Shown piece after piece: positions 16,510-26,797 of a stretch of DNA of 64,000 bases. The translations under genes were made by a program, and so were the position numbers. The notes under the pieces were generated by a model. It was not told the origin of the DNA. It saw only the letters and a program-made list of their open reading frames with translations, and did no database searches. Source of the stretch: Candidatus Levybacteria bacterium RIFCSPLOWO2_01_FULL_38_21. GTDB lineage: Bacteria; Patescibacteriota; Microgenomatia; Levybacterales; UBA12049. The stretch lies in NCBI GenBank assembly GCA_001782475.1, contig MFOT01000024.1, positions 42,578-106,577 on the forward strand, written 5' to 3'. The number at the start of each line of letters is the position of its first letter. Position 1 is the stretch's first letter.

Positions 16510-16788
16510 TTACTTCTTTTTAAGAAGTAAGTGTCTTAAAATATTGTCGTTTGTAATAAGTTTTTTTTCAAAATCTTTTGGGAGCTCTCCTTTTAGCTCA
16601 AAAACCCAATTGAGATAGTATCCTGCGATCTCCCTTGTAATAGAATAGGCAAGGGGTTTTTGCCCCCATTCTTCTTCTTTGACAATTTTAAAATCAGGCA
16701 AAAAGCCTTTAATGGTCTCTAAAAGTTTTTTTCTGTTTGTCTCCGAAAGCGAGGTTTTAAGAACTAAAACTAATTCGTAAACGCGCAT
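16510..16788 (-). CDS. rpsF: 30S ribosomal protein S6
   Basis: MRVYELVLVLKTSL...; sits in the conserved rpsF-ssb-rpsR arrangement. Confidence 0.7.
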   Translation of the reverse strand: MRVYELVLVLKTSLSETNRKKLLETIKGFLPDFKIVKEEEWGQKPLAYSITREIAGYYLNWVFELKGELPKDFEKKLITNDNILRHLLLKKK

Positions 16789-16875
16789 TGCCCACTCATC
16801 CTAGCATATTTAAAAATGAAAAAGCAAGCCCCCACTCTTGTCTTTCATCTTCCTTTATGATATAAAAGGAGCATC

Positions 16876-17427
16876 GTGAGGAATTTATTTATTGGTATTG
16901 CTGTTGGCATCATTCTAATTGCATTTGTAGGAGGAGCTTATTATTTTGGCAAAAACCAAAATGAGATACCGCCAAATCCAACTCCCGCCCCGACACAATA
17001 CATAAGCTCAGCACCAACACAAATCCTAACAGAAGGCATGTCTCCTACCTCGGTTCCAAAAAATACAAGAAGTTATGTTTCTGAGAACATTATTGCAGCT
17101 GTATCTTCCAAAAATTATGCGGCTTTAGAAGGATATATGTCCGATACTGTGAGTGTCATTCTATACGCTTCAGAATGTTGTGGACAGATCAGTAAAGCGA
17201 AGGCAACAGGGCAAATGTCATATCTTAACTCAAGTAGCGGAACTTGGGATTTTTCCGAAAACAACTCCACAAGAGCAAAGCTTATACAAAATAACCCTCA
17301 AAATTTTTCCTCCGATATGATAATTGGAATTTCTTCTGATAAGTATGCGGTCGGCTTTAAATTAAATTCGCAGAATGAGATTGAAAAAATAATTCTCGTA
17401 TCGAACTATTCGCTTATAGTTCCCTGA
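16876..17427 (+). CDS. hypothetical membrane-anchored protein
   Basis: N-terminal TM helix FIGIAVGIILIAFVGGAYYFG. Confidence 0.35.
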   Translation: MRNLFIGIAVGIILIAFVGGAYYFGKNQNEIPPNPTPAPTQYISSAPTQILTEGMSPTSVPKNTRSYVSENIIAAVSSKNYAALEGYMSDTVSVILYASECCGQISKAKATGQMSYLNSSSGTWDFSENNSTRAKLIQNNPQNFSSDMIIGISSDKYAVGFKLNSQNEIEKIILVSNYSLIVP

Positions 17428-17443
17428 TCCGGGGGCAAAATTA

Positions 17444-18379
17444 CTATCCGATTTTAAATTCAATCACGTCTCCGTCTTTTACTATATAATCCCTTCCTTC
17501 AAGCCTTATTTTCCCTTCCTCTTTTGCATTTTTCCACCCGCCAACAGATAATAAATCCCCAACTAAAATTACTTCTGCTTTAATAAAGTGTTTGGCAAAA
17601 TCTGTGTGGACTAAATTCGCCGCATCGATAATGTTTGCGCCGTTTTTAATTGGCCATGCTTGAGTCTGTTTCCCGCCAACAATCGTAAAGAAAGTTATTA
17701 AATTTAATAATTTGTAAGATTCTACAATAACTTGATCTAATCCTGAACTTGCTTGCCCTGAGTTTGTCGAATGGGCCGAAGGATCAACACCTAGCTCCCT
17801 AAGATAGCCCTCCTGTTCTGATTCTGAAAGATCTGAAAGTTCTGCTTCTAGTTTTGCGCAGATTTTAATGAATGAAAACGGAAGGCTGAAATCCTGCCTG
17901 CCGGCAGGCATGGCTTTTTTTAAATCTTTTTCGGAAACATTTAATACATAAATCGTTGGCTTTTTTATGCTTGCTAATTCAAGTTCTTGATTAACAGTTT
18001 CAACATCGATTATTGGGTCAATTTTCTGATAAGGATGCAAAACACTCGGGTTTTCAAAGACCCTTACAATATGTAAAATCGCATCTGCTTCTCTTATATG
18101 AGCTAAGAACTGATTTCCTAAACCTTCGCCGGCATGCGCCCCTTTGATCAGACCTGCTATATCTATAAATTTTATTGAAGCAGGTACTTTTTTATTAATA
18201 TTTGCGACTGCGGCAATTTTATCAAGTCTTTCGTCAGGCACCTCAACTACACCCACATTTGGTTCAATTGTCGTATACGGATATTCACCAACTTGTGCGA
18301 TCTGTCTTTTTAAAAGCGCATTAAAAAGTGTGGACTTCCCACTATTTGGCAGGCCAACGATCCCGATTGATAAGGACAT
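17444..18379 (-). CDS. ychF: ribosome-binding ATPase YchF (Obg-like)
   Basis: GIVGLPNSGKSTLFNAL ... YPYTTIEPNVGVV ... FIDIAGLIKGAHAGEGLGNQFLAHIREADAILHIVR; TGS-like C-terminus. Confidence 0.85.
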   Translation of the reverse strand: MSLSIGIVGLPNSGKSTLFNALLKRQIAQVGEYPYTTIEPNVGVVEVPDERLDKIAAVANINKKVPASIKFIDIAGLIKGAHAGEGLGNQFLAHIREADAILHIVRVFENPSVLHPYQKIDPIIDVETVNQELELASIKKPTIYVLNVSEKDLKKAMPAGRQDFSLPFSFIKICAKLEAELSDLSESEQEGYLRELGVDPSAHSTNSGQASSGLDQVIVESYKLLNLITFFTIVGGKQTQAWPIKNGANIIDAANLVHTDFAKHFIKAEVILVGDLLSVGGWKNAKEEGKIRLEGRDYIVKDGDVIEFKIG

Positions 18380-18462
18380 AAGAGGATTATATCCTAATGG
18401 AGGTCAAGATTCGAGCTCTCTACTTTATAACCGACCTATAAGTTGAAAAAAGGCTTTTGTTA

Positions 18463-18954
18463 CTAGGCTGCTTGAGTTAGTACAAATTTACCTCGCTTTG
18501 CATAGCCTTCGAGACGGTTATATTCTTTGTTTTCTGCGTCAGTCAGAACTGATTCAATTTTTTTTCTGCCCAGCAATCTGTATCTTTCTGCTGATGCTTG
18601 TGGATCAATTAATTCTTTAGCTTCTGCTTCGATAAGAGCTTTGTATGCTGCATCTTTTGCCTCTAATTGTTTCTCTGACAAATTTGCTTCGAACAATCCA
18701 AAACTCGCCATCTGATTCAGGTTTTCGCGCTCCCTTCTTTCTTCCTCGCTTAAAACACCGTCAAGCTGTTTTTGCCCCAATTCCCTAAATCTTGCCGCAA
18801 GTCCTGAGTATTTTTCTCCCAAAGGTAAGCTCTCTGGCGTAACAGCCACTCCTGACGGCGGACTAAACTCCGCTTGGGTGGTAACGGGTTCCGTGCTGTC
18901 CAACGTTCCTCGTTGTTGGGGCTCAACTGCCTCTGGTGTTCCATTATCCTGCAT
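18463..18954 (-). CDS. hypothetical protein
   Basis: 163-aa acidic/charged ORF, no motif. Confidence 0.3.
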   Translation of the reverse strand: MQDNGTPEAVEPQQRGTLDSTEPVTTQAEFSPPSGVAVTPESLPLGEKYSGLAARFRELGQKQLDGVLSEEERRERENLNQMASFGLFEANLSEKQLEAKDAAYKALIEAEAKELIDPQASAERYRLLGRKKIESVLTDAENKEYNRLEGYAKRGKFVLTQAA

Positions 18955-19064
18955 TACTTATACCTCCTTAAGAATATCTATATATTATTAATAACAGTTA
19001 TCTATAGCATCGTCAAGTCTACAGTCCCGACTGACAAGTTGATATTGAAAATTATAGCAGATTT

Positions 19065-19093
19065 CAAATGATTGTTGACAAAAGCTACGATAA
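19065..19093 (+). promoter_or_regulatory. strong sigma-70-like promoter (TTGACA, 17 nt, TACAAT)
   Basis: gTTGACAaaagctacgataattctTACAATcaag. Confidence 0.5.
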
Positions 19094-19157
19094 TTCTTAC
19101 AATCAAGTCAAGTTAATATCTTTTATCAATTGAGTTAAATTGCTGACCGCAAACGGA

Positions 19158-19192
19158 GGCAATCCCAGTTCAAACGGGGTTGCCTTTTTTTT
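19158..19192 (+). terminator. intrinsic terminator/attenuator hairpin in the 5' leader of the ugd-like gene
   Basis: ggcaatccc-agttcaaac-ggggttgcc forms a 9-bp stem followed by TTTTTTTT. It lies about 60 nt downstream of the promoter and 14 nt upstream of the ATG at 19206. Confidence 0.5.
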
Positions 19193-19205
19193 GCAGGCTT
19201 TATCG

Positions 19206-20456
19206 ATGAATTACAAAAAGATTTTATCTGAAAAAATTAAAACAAGAAAAGCTGTTGTTGGCATTATTGGAATTGGGTACGTCGGTGGAGCACTTGCTCA
19301 AGGAGCTGCTACTGCAGGATTTCGGGTTTTTGGATTCACCAGAAGTACGACCCGCGCTAATCATGTTAACAAACAAAAAATCCATAATTATACCGCTACT
19401 ACCGACATTACTCTACTCTCAAAATGCAGTATCATTTGTATCTGTGTTCCTACTCCGATACACGAGAACAAGTCACCCGATCTTGAACCTCTTCAGGACG
19501 CGCTTTCGAAGACAGCCGAATATTTAAAACCCGGATCACTTGTTATTATCGAGAGCACCGTAGCACCCGGTACCACCCGAAATATTGCTCTTCCAATGCT
19601 TCAGACGTCAGGGTTAAAAAAAGAAGAAGAAGAGTTTTTTCTATCTTTTTCTCCTGAGCGAGTCGATCCGGGAAATAAAAAATATACTATATGTAATACT
19701 CCAAAAGTAGTAGCCGGTTTAAGCAACACATCCAGTGATCTTGCCTGTAAGTTTTTTCAGAGTTTTGTTGAAAAGGTAGTCCCCGTTTCCTCTATTGAGG
19801 CAGCCGAAATGTCCAAGATTCTTGAGAATACGTTCCGACTTGTCAATATAAGCTTTATTAATGAACTTGTTCCATACGCAAAAAGTCTGGGTGTTGATAT
19901 ACATGAAGTGATAAATGTGGCAGCCACAAAACCATATGGATTTCTGCCGCATTATCCCGGTCCTGGGGTTGGCGGACACTGTATCCCAGTTGATCCATAT
20001 TACCTGCTTTCGGATGCGCGAAAACGGGGAATCTCACTTACCATAGTTGAAGACGCAGGTAGAGTGAATGAAGAACAACCAAAAAAAGTAGTCACCAAAG
20101 CTCTTGAGATTTTGAAAAAAACAAACGGACACAAGGCAACTTACAAGGTTTTGCTTCTCGGGCTTACATATAAAAAAGACATCGGCGATCAACGCGAATC
20201 AGCATCGCTTAAAATTTGGAAACTCTTGGAAGAAAAGAATGTCAATGTTTCTTACCACGACCCATATGTACCTTCATGGAACGACCACGTATCTGTGGAG
20301 CTGACCGATAAAACGCTTTCTGAAAATGACGTTATTATTATCACGACAGACCATGAGAATATCGACTATGCAAAACTTACCTCGCATCAAAAGCCTATCC
20401 TTGATACACGTAATGTACTGCGCAAAAACGGTTTTCCGTTTGTGTATGGAATATGA
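19206..20456 (+). CDS. nucleotide-sugar dehydrogenase (UDP-glucose / UDP-ManNAc dehydrogenase family)
   Basis: VVGIIGIGYVGGALA Rossmann motif; GPGVGGHCIPVDPYYL holds the catalytic Cys. The ORF-track start at 19140 lies inside the leader; 19206 is the more likely start. Confidence 0.75.
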   Translation: MNYKKILSEKIKTRKAVVGIIGIGYVGGALAQGAATAGFRVFGFTRSTTRANHVNKQKIHNYTATTDITLLSKCSIICICVPTPIHENKSPDLEPLQDALSKTAEYLKPGSLVIIESTVAPGTTRNIALPMLQTSGLKKEEEEFFLSFSPERVDPGNKKYTICNTPKVVAGLSNTSSDLACKFFQSFVEKVVPVSSIEAAEMSKILENTFRLVNISFINELVPYAKSLGVDIHEVINVAATKPYGFLPHYPGPGVGGHCIPVDPYYLLSDARKRGISLTIVEDAGRVNEEQPKKVVTKALEILKKTNGHKATYKVLLLGLTYKKDIGDQRESASLKIWKLLEEKNVNVSYHDPYVPSWNDHVSVELTDKTLSENDVIIITTDHENIDYAKLTSHQKPILDTRNVLRKNGFPFVYGI

Positions 20457-21394
20457 AACATGTTTTAGTAACAGGCGGCGCGGGTTTTATAGGCGCAAGT
20501 TTAGTTCGAAAGCTTCTTGAAAATGGCGATAAGGTTGTAGTAATTGATAATCTAATTACTTCAAACGGGGAAAGTATTAAACCGCTACTTAAAAATCCCA
20601 ATTTCAAATTTATCAAACGCGACATAATAAAACCTTTGCCTTCATCAATCATCAATCATCAATCATCAATTGGGCATATCTTCCATCTTGCCTGTCCGAC
20701 CGGCGTTCCGAATCTCACAAAACTTGCCAGAGAAATGCTACTTACCTCCGCGATCGGAACAATGAATGTTTTAGAACTTGCCAGAAAACACAAGGCAAAG
20801 TTTATATTCACAAGTTCTTCTGAAGTTTATGGTGATCCCAAAGTTTTTCCGCAGAACGAAAACTATACAGGCAATGTCAGCTCTGTAGGTATTAGAAGTC
20901 CATATGAAGAAGGAAAAAGATTTGCCGAAAGTCTGATTATGACTTACGTTCGAAAATATAATTTGGATGCAAGAATTGTCCGGGTGTTTAATACCTACGG
21001 ACCCCTGATGTCTATTAACGATACGCGCGTTATTCCAAAATTCTTAAAACAAATTAGTAAAAACCAGCCTCTGACAGTTCAAGGAGATGGCAGGCAAACA
21101 AGAACATTTTGTTACGTTGACGATCTAATAAAAGGTTTAGTTCTTCTTATGGACAAGGGGGGGGAGGGCGAAGTTTATAATCTCGGGAGTAACAAAGAAA
21201 TAAGTATAAATACCCTGGCTGGGCTCATGATAAAAATTACAAAATCTAAAAGTAAAACAATAAATATTAGTCGTCCGTCTCATGACCACAACCGCCGTCT
21301 CCCCGACCTGAGAAAAGCAAACAAACTTAATTGGTACACTAAGGTAGGCCTTGATGAAGGTTTAGAAAGGACCGTACGATGGTTTGGGTTTTAG
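20453..21394 (+). CDS. NAD-dependent epimerase/dehydratase (UDP-glucuronate decarboxylase/UXS-like)
   Basis: VLVTGGAGFIGASLVRKL ... PYEEGKRFAE (YxxxK). Contains an in-frame heptanucleotide tandem repeat encoding SSIINHQSSIG. Confidence 0.65.
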   Translation: MKHVLVTGGAGFIGASLVRKLLENGDKVVVIDNLITSNGESIKPLLKNPNFKFIKRDIIKPLPSSIINHQSSIGHIFHLACPTGVPNLTKLAREMLLTSAIGTMNVLELARKHKAKFIFTSSSEVYGDPKVFPQNENYTGNVSSVGIRSPYEEGKRFAESLIMTYVRKYNLDARIVRVFNTYGPLMSINDTRVIPKFLKQISKNQPLTVQGDGRQTRTFCYVDDLIKGLVLLMDKGGEGEVYNLGSNKEISINTLAGLMIKITKSKSKTINISRPSHDHNRRLPDLRKANKLNWYTKVGLDEGLERTVRWFGF

Positions 21395-22602
21395 CGTTCC
21401 TTACGCTTGCAGGATATAATTTTTCTTTTTGGCTAATTGTAGGAATAGCTAGATTTTTGTTCGAGAGAATCCCGCATTCTGATAAAAGAAAGAGGGGTCG
21501 GCCGTCAAAACCAATTTTGCCAAAAGACGTTGCGGCAGTCATTCCCGCGCATAATGAACAACGAACGATCGCAAAAGCAATAAGATCTCTTAGGAAGATT
21601 TTACCTGTGGGAAATATTTATGTTGCTAGCGACTACTCAACCGATAAGACGGTTAAAATTGCCAGATCTTTTAAAGTCAAGGTTTTAGACATTAGACCAA
21701 ACAGAGGAAAAGCAAGAGCATTGGTTTACATAATGAAACGCTATCATCTATTAAGCCGCTTCAAAGCAATAATTATTCACGACGCGGACGTTGAGGTTAG
21801 TAAAGATTATTTGAAAAATGCATTGCCATTTTTAAAAGACCAAAACGTAGCGGCGGTAGCAACTCACGGAGTAACAAGACTTAAGAACTACAAAGTGCTT
21901 GAGAGATTTTATATTACTTATAGGTTGAGACTTTGGAGAATTCTACAATACGGAATGCGTTTTGGTCAGACATGGAAATACACCAATGTAACTTATATCA
22001 TCCCCGGCAGTTTATCTCTCTATAGAACGAGGGTTCTTAAGAAACTTAAAATTGATGCACCTGATCTTATTATTGAAGATTTTAATATGACTTTTGAGGT
22101 GCGCAGAAAAAAACTTGGAATAATTGCCTATAATCCATCAATTTTTGGAGTTCATCAGGACCCTTACACATTTAGAGATTATACTAAACAATTAAGACGC
22201 TGGAATTTAGGTTTTTGGCAGACAGTTAAGAAAAACGGCATTTGGCCAAGTCTTTTCTGGCTTTCTATGGGGTCTTTTCTCATAGAACTTCTTCTTTATA
22301 CGTTTTTCATATTGTCCGTGCCAATTTTAATATTTATTTTCATTCTTCATTCCTTCAATCCGATAAGCATTCCCCTTGTATCATCTTACTTAACATTCCT
22401 TGATCTTCTCATTGGACTATTCCTTATGGATTATGTCCTTACTATAATTGCAGCGGCTGCGGAGAGAAAACCTGAAATGCTTATTTATGGTCTTGGCTTT
22501 TTCTTTCTTCGCTATGTTGATGCTATCATCTATACATATACTCTGCCTTTGGCATTTCTGGTTAAATCGAAGGGCACGTGGAGCAGTCCGGAGAGAAAGT
22601 AA
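21379..22602 (+). CDS. processive family-2 glycosyltransferase (NodC/HasA/PgaC/CesA-like, QxxRW)
   Basis: D, DAD, IEDFNMT (ED) and QLRRW motifs; one N-terminal and about four C-terminal TM helices. Confidence 0.7.
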   Translation: MVWVLAFLTLAGYNFSFWLIVGIARFLFERIPHSDKRKRGRPSKPILPKDVAAVIPAHNEQRTIAKAIRSLRKILPVGNIYVASDYSTDKTVKIARSFKVKVLDIRPNRGKARALVYIMKRYHLLSRFKAIIIHDADVEVSKDYLKNALPFLKDQNVAAVATHGVTRLKNYKVLERFYITYRLRLWRILQYGMRFGQTWKYTNVTYIIPGSLSLYRTRVLKKLKIDAPDLIIEDFNMTFEVRRKKLGIIAYNPSIFGVHQDPYTFRDYTKQLRRWNLGFWQTVKKNGIWPSLFWLSMGSFLIELLLYTFFILSVPILIFIFILHSFNPISIPLVSSYLTFLDLLIGLFLMDYVLTIIAAAAERKPEMLIYGLGFFFLRYVDAIIYTYTLPLAFLVKSKGTWSSPERK

Positions 22603-23667
22603 TTAGAAAAGCAATTTAAGGGCTTTTGTAATGGTAGAAATCTCATCTTCAGTTAAGCTTGGGTGGATAGGAAGAGCAAGGGTCGTATTTGATATATCCT
22701 CTGCATTTGGAAAATCTTTCTTAGGCAATTTCAGGTAACGATGTAAAAGCTGATAGTTTTCAATGGGAATGACTGTTGAGATTCCTTTTTTTGCAAGATT
22801 TAATTTAAACGAATCTCTGGTTTTTTTATCTTTGAATTTAATTATAAAGCGATAGTGATTTAAATTTTTATCCTCTTTTTTTGGCCAAAACTCAATTTCT
22901 TTTTGTTTTTTAAGCACAGGGGTGTATTTCGAAGCAATATATCTTCTTTTCTTAAATAAATTATCAATCCTTTTAAACTGCACATTGCCAATAGCGGCGG
23001 CAAAATCTGTCAGCTGATAATTATATCTTACTCTGTAATTCTTACGACGATCATAATGGATCAGATCTCTGACGATTTTGTAATATTTTTTATTATTAGT
23101 TACAAGCATTCCTCCATGACCCGTGGTTATTACTTTTGTTGCATAAAATGAGAAGATGGTTATGTCTCCGAATGATCCCAGAGGTTTACCTTTATAGAAA
23201 CCTCCAAGAGAGTGCGCACAGTCTTCGACTATCAGAAGTTTAAATTTCTTGATCTCATCGATTTTTGCCGGAAATCCAAGAACATGAGGAACAATAATTG
23301 CTTTTGTTTTCTTATTAATTTTTTTCTTAATCTCCAGAGGATCAATTGTGAACCAATTTTTTTCAATATCTACGACTACAGGAGCAGCACCCATATAATA
23401 TATTGCGTTAAGAAGTGCAGTACAGACATAAGTTGGAACTATAACCTCATCTCCTTTTTCAACCCCGAGTGCGATTAGACTTAGATGAAGAGCGGCAGAA
23501 CCTGAACTTGTCGCAACGGCATATTTTCCTTTGACATAATTTTTAATATTGTTCTCAAGTTTCCTAGCTTCCTTATTTGGTATAAGCCACTTACTCCTCA
23601 GAGTCCTTGCAACTGCTTTTATTTCTTGCTCATCAAGGTAAGGCGTATTATGTAAAATCTGTTTCAT
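22603..23667 (-). CDS. DegT/DnrJ/EryC1/StrS-family PLP-dependent sugar aminotransferase
   Basis: KYAVATSSGSAALHLSLIALGV...DEVIVPTYVC...; the PLP lysine region is conserved. Confidence 0.8.
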   Translation of the reverse strand: MKQILHNTPYLDEQEIKAVARTLRSKWLIPNKEARKLENNIKNYVKGKYAVATSSGSAALHLSLIALGVEKGDEVIVPTYVCTALLNAIYYMGAAPVVVDIEKNWFTIDPLEIKKKINKKTKAIIVPHVLGFPAKIDEIKKFKLLIVEDCAHSLGGFYKGKPLGSFGDITIFSFYATKVITTGHGGMLVTNNKKYYKIVRDLIHYDRRKNYRVRYNYQLTDFAAAIGNVQFKRIDNLFKKRRYIASKYTPVLKKQKEIEFWPKKEDKNLNHYRFIIKFKDKKTRDSFKLNLAKKGISTVIPIENYQLLHRYLKLPKKDFPNAEDISNTTLALPIHPSLTEDEISTITKALKLLF

Positions 23668-23671
23668 AAAA

Positions 23672-25015
23672 CTAATGCTTCATTCCTCCGCTTAGAAAAA
23701 GAAGTGCATTTAATCGCATGCCTTCATTGGTAGAATAATCAGGGCTTCTTAGTGTAATTGTATTTTCCAAAAGATGTTTTTGATATCCTGGTTTAGTGGA
23801 GATAACCGCCGCCATTGCTGCTGTGGCGACAAAGGCTACCTCGACGTATTCAGTTTCCAGTGGGGTACCGGTTTTAGGATCATAACCTCCTCGGATTTGA
23901 TCTGGATTTTCTGTCTCAAAAAATGCATTAATCTGCTGTAGTTGAGCTATCGCGTCTTTATCTTCATACCATAGCGCTGCCATCCCTTGTCTCCATGGGA
24001 TACGAATTGCTTCATATCCGAATTTATCGTTGTTCCCTCCTCTTTGAGGCACCATACTTCCATCTGCAGTTGTCCAATCTGGCGGCAGAAGAGTTTGGCG
24101 TTTTGCTTTGATTGCAGCAAAAACTTGCCGTCCGGCCTCTGTGACGCGATCCCAATCGGTATTTCCTGTGTACTCTTTAAACAACTGATAATATGCAGGG
24201 GAATAGTATGAAGGGTTTGTTTCATAAAATCCTCCCCAATCATTCCCGCCTTTTAAAACATATGACCCCGGCTCAACGTCATGCTTTAAAATATTTTCAA
24301 TCATTCTCGTTGCGTCATCTCTGTATCCACCCCATATGTTATCAGCAATAATAAGTCCATAAGCTATATCCAGATCAGCGTCTGCTGCGGAACTATCATC
24401 AGCCGGAGTATTATCTGCATTTATTTCATTGCTCATAAGCCCATCCGAATTTAAATGAGACTTGGCATATTTCCATAACGAGTCAAATGTAGGCTTATCT
24501 TCAGCATTAACTGCGTATATCATACTGTATGCAACAACTTCTGAATTTGAATTTCTTTTATCTTTGTCCCATATCGCACGAAGTTCATCAGCGTCTCCTA
24601 ATCCCTCATTTCTAACCCAGGCGCTTTTCCATTCTTCGTATCCTTTTTGAAAAGCTTCTTTTGCAATTTGTCGTATTTCGGGATCAATTGAGATACCTTC
24701 TACTGGCGCTGTAGTAGTGGATTCTGTTACAGTTGGCGTTGTTGGGGGCCCTGCGGTGATAGTTGGTTCTGTTGTGGCTGACTCTGTTGTAATTGAGGTT
24801 GCTGTTGGATCTACTATTGGCTCCGCTGAAGGAATAACAGATACAGTGTCAACATTTCGCGTTGGGGCTGAACTACCTCCATTACTTGAAGAGCAAGCCT
24901 TCAGTGCTAAATCCAAGCCAGCGATCCCTGTTAATTTAAAAGCTCCTCTTCTAGAAATAACTGGACCATTTAACAAATGATCTAATTTTTCTGCTAATCG
25001 TTCAATTCTATCCAT
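23672..25015 (-). CDS. Tat-lipoprotein glycoside hydrolase family 8 (endoglucanase / chitosanase / xylanase family)
   Basis: AADADLDIAYGLIIADNIWGG matches the GH8 signature ATDADxDIAyAL..A...WG; Tat signal plus lipobox (SRRGAFKLTGIAGLDLALKAC); PT-rich linker. Confidence 0.6.
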   Translation of the reverse strand: MDRIERLAEKLDHLLNGPVISRRGAFKLTGIAGLDLALKACSSSNGGSSAPTRNVDTVSVIPSAEPIVDPTATSITTESATTEPTITAGPPTTPTVTESTTTAPVEGISIDPEIRQIAKEAFQKGYEEWKSAWVRNEGLGDADELRAIWDKDKRNSNSEVVAYSMIYAVNAEDKPTFDSLWKYAKSHLNSDGLMSNEINADNTPADDSSAADADLDIAYGLIIADNIWGGYRDDATRMIENILKHDVEPGSYVLKGGNDWGGFYETNPSYYSPAYYQLFKEYTGNTDWDRVTEAGRQVFAAIKAKRQTLLPPDWTTADGSMVPQRGGNNDKFGYEAIRIPWRQGMAALWYEDKDAIAQLQQINAFFETENPDQIRGGYDPKTGTPLETEYVEVAFVATAAMAAVISTKPGYQKHLLENTITLRSPDYSTNEGMRLNALLFLSGGMKH

Positions 25016-25023
25016 AATTAAAA

Positions 25024-26160
25024 CTAATTCTTAAGCTTACCTACTTCTTCCCAGACTCTTGGGTCTTCTCCGCCCAATCTCCAGAAGGCAAGGCCTCCGA
25101 CTCTAAATTCCTTTGCCAAATCAAAACGGGCTGAAGCACTCTCTGAATTTTCGAACCATATTACATACTTTTGTCCACTTTGTAAATACTCAAGGTAAGG
25201 GCTTTTTGAAGGACTGTCCCATTTAGTCTCCGCTCCATTTTCTTGTGCGGTAGATAAAATATCGAAGAACTTAAGGTCGTCACTTATCCCTGCATAAGAT
25301 TTGTCTGATCCGACTCGCCATTTAACCCCATCAAGTCCTATGCCAAGAAAGACCTTCTCAGGCGGCACTCCTACTTCGCCAATTGCGTAACTTAGCACTC
25401 TTCTTATCCACCCAAATTCCCCGATTGAGCCGGGTTCTGAGAATAGTTCGTGCTGGGTATAGGTCATAAAATACATTTGATCTGCCGCTTTAGAAATCCG
25501 TAATAAATCCTGAGCATGTGCACCGTTGTTTTCCTGGGGGTCATTTTCTGAAGTCTTAGGGTGGATAGCAACTCCCAATACTTTCCCCTTTTTATGTAAG
25601 CTTTTCGAAAGTTCCTCAATAAATAGACTAAAGTTTTCCCTTTCTGATACCTTCAATGCTTCATAATCAATATCAATTCCATCTAAATTATTTTCATCTA
25701 CTAGAGTGAGCAAATCATTTATGTGCTTGACTCTTTTCTCTTGAGTTGAGATAACTCTGGCAACCCTGCTATCATCGAAACCCTCTCCTTCTCCATAGTC
25801 TACTAAATTCGCTACAACTGCCAACACTTTTACATTGTGCGCGTGAGCAAAATCTATTATTGATTTGTCGACAATTGTCGATTTATAAGTTCTGAGATTT
25901 CCGCTTGCATCGACTCTGTACCAAAAAAACGAAACAAAATCAAAAGCAGATGTGTTCTTTGAGAAACTCTCAAACGCAGCTTCCTGATCCCAAAAAGGAA
26001 TCCATCCAATAACCTTCGGGTTAAATCTTAAAACTTGCTGGCTTGGCACTTGTTTTTCTTTATAAAATTTATGTCTGTTGTATGACATAGCAATTAATAA
26101 CGCAGTCCAAACTAAAAAAAATACTGCGGAAAATAATAAAAACTTTCTAAATCGCATCAA
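25024..26160 (-). CDS. membrane-anchored glycoside hydrolase family 18 (chitinase-like)
   Basis: LDGIDIDYE matches the GH18 DxxDxDxE catalytic motif; N-terminal TM helix. Confidence 0.6.
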   Translation of the reverse strand: MMRFRKFLLFSAVFFLVWTALLIAMSYNRHKFYKEKQVPSQQVLRFNPKVIGWIPFWDQEAAFESFSKNTSAFDFVSFFWYRVDASGNLRTYKSTIVDKSIIDFAHAHNVKVLAVVANLVDYGEGEGFDDSRVARVISTQEKRVKHINDLLTLVDENNLDGIDIDYEALKVSERENFSLFIEELSKSLHKKGKVLGVAIHPKTSENDPQENNGAHAQDLLRISKAADQMYFMTYTQHELFSEPGSIGEFGWIRRVLSYAIGEVGVPPEKVFLGIGLDGVKWRVGSDKSYAGISDDLKFFDILSTAQENGAETKWDSPSKSPYLEYLQSGQKYVIWFENSESASARFDLAKEFRVGGLAFWRLGGEDPRVWEEVGKLKN

Positions 26161-26797
26161 GTACCCACTTCTTTCCTTTGGTGAATAAATAGTGAATGCT
26201 TGAGTACGGGTACATTGCAGTTAAATTATTATTTACAAACTCATGATTTAAGCCTTGATTTTTTATTTCATTTAATCTTGTCTCATCCAAGTATTCTCTT
26301 GCTCCAACACCGGATAAATATATATCGCCTTTGTATTTCTTACATATGTTTATTAAAAGCTCATGTTTTATTCCCGAAACTTCCTCATCGATCACAACAG
26401 GTGTTTTTATGTTTAAAATGTCTCTGATCGTTAATATCATCTCAGCATTTAAATCTATAAGTCTCTTCCAATTTTTCTTGTAAACCGAAGTGATCTCTGA
26501 AATGTACTCCTTACCTTTGGATTTTCCATAAATCATCTCAAGCGTCTTTATGTGTTTTTTTCTCCAGTCAGCTTGGTTATTTATCAAAACATCCTTAACC
26601 TTTTGATTTTGCGACCCAAAAACCGGCACTGTAAGCCATATATCATTATTGAGTCCTTTTATTTTGTGTCTTTGCTGCCAACCTTCTTGCTTTTCAAATT
26701 GAAGATTACTAATTACGACAAAAAGGTCGGAAAGTCTCATTTTATTAAAGAATGCAAGATTAGGCAGAAAATTTGGCTGGTGAGCTGCTATTTTCAT
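26147..26797 (-). CDS. WbqC-like family protein
   Basis: MKIAAHQPNFLPNLAFFNKM is the characteristic WbqC N-terminus. Confidence 0.65.
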   Translation of the reverse strand: MKIAAHQPNFLPNLAFFNKMRLSDLFVVISNLQFEKQEGWQQRHKIKGLNNDIWLTVPVFGSQNQKVKDVLINNQADWRKKHIKTLEMIYGKSKGKEYISEITSVYKKNWKRLIDLNAEMILTIRDILNIKTPVVIDEEVSGIKHELLINICKKYKGDIYLSGVGAREYLDETRLNEIKNQGLNHEFVNNNLTAMYPYSSIHYLFTKGKKWVLDAI

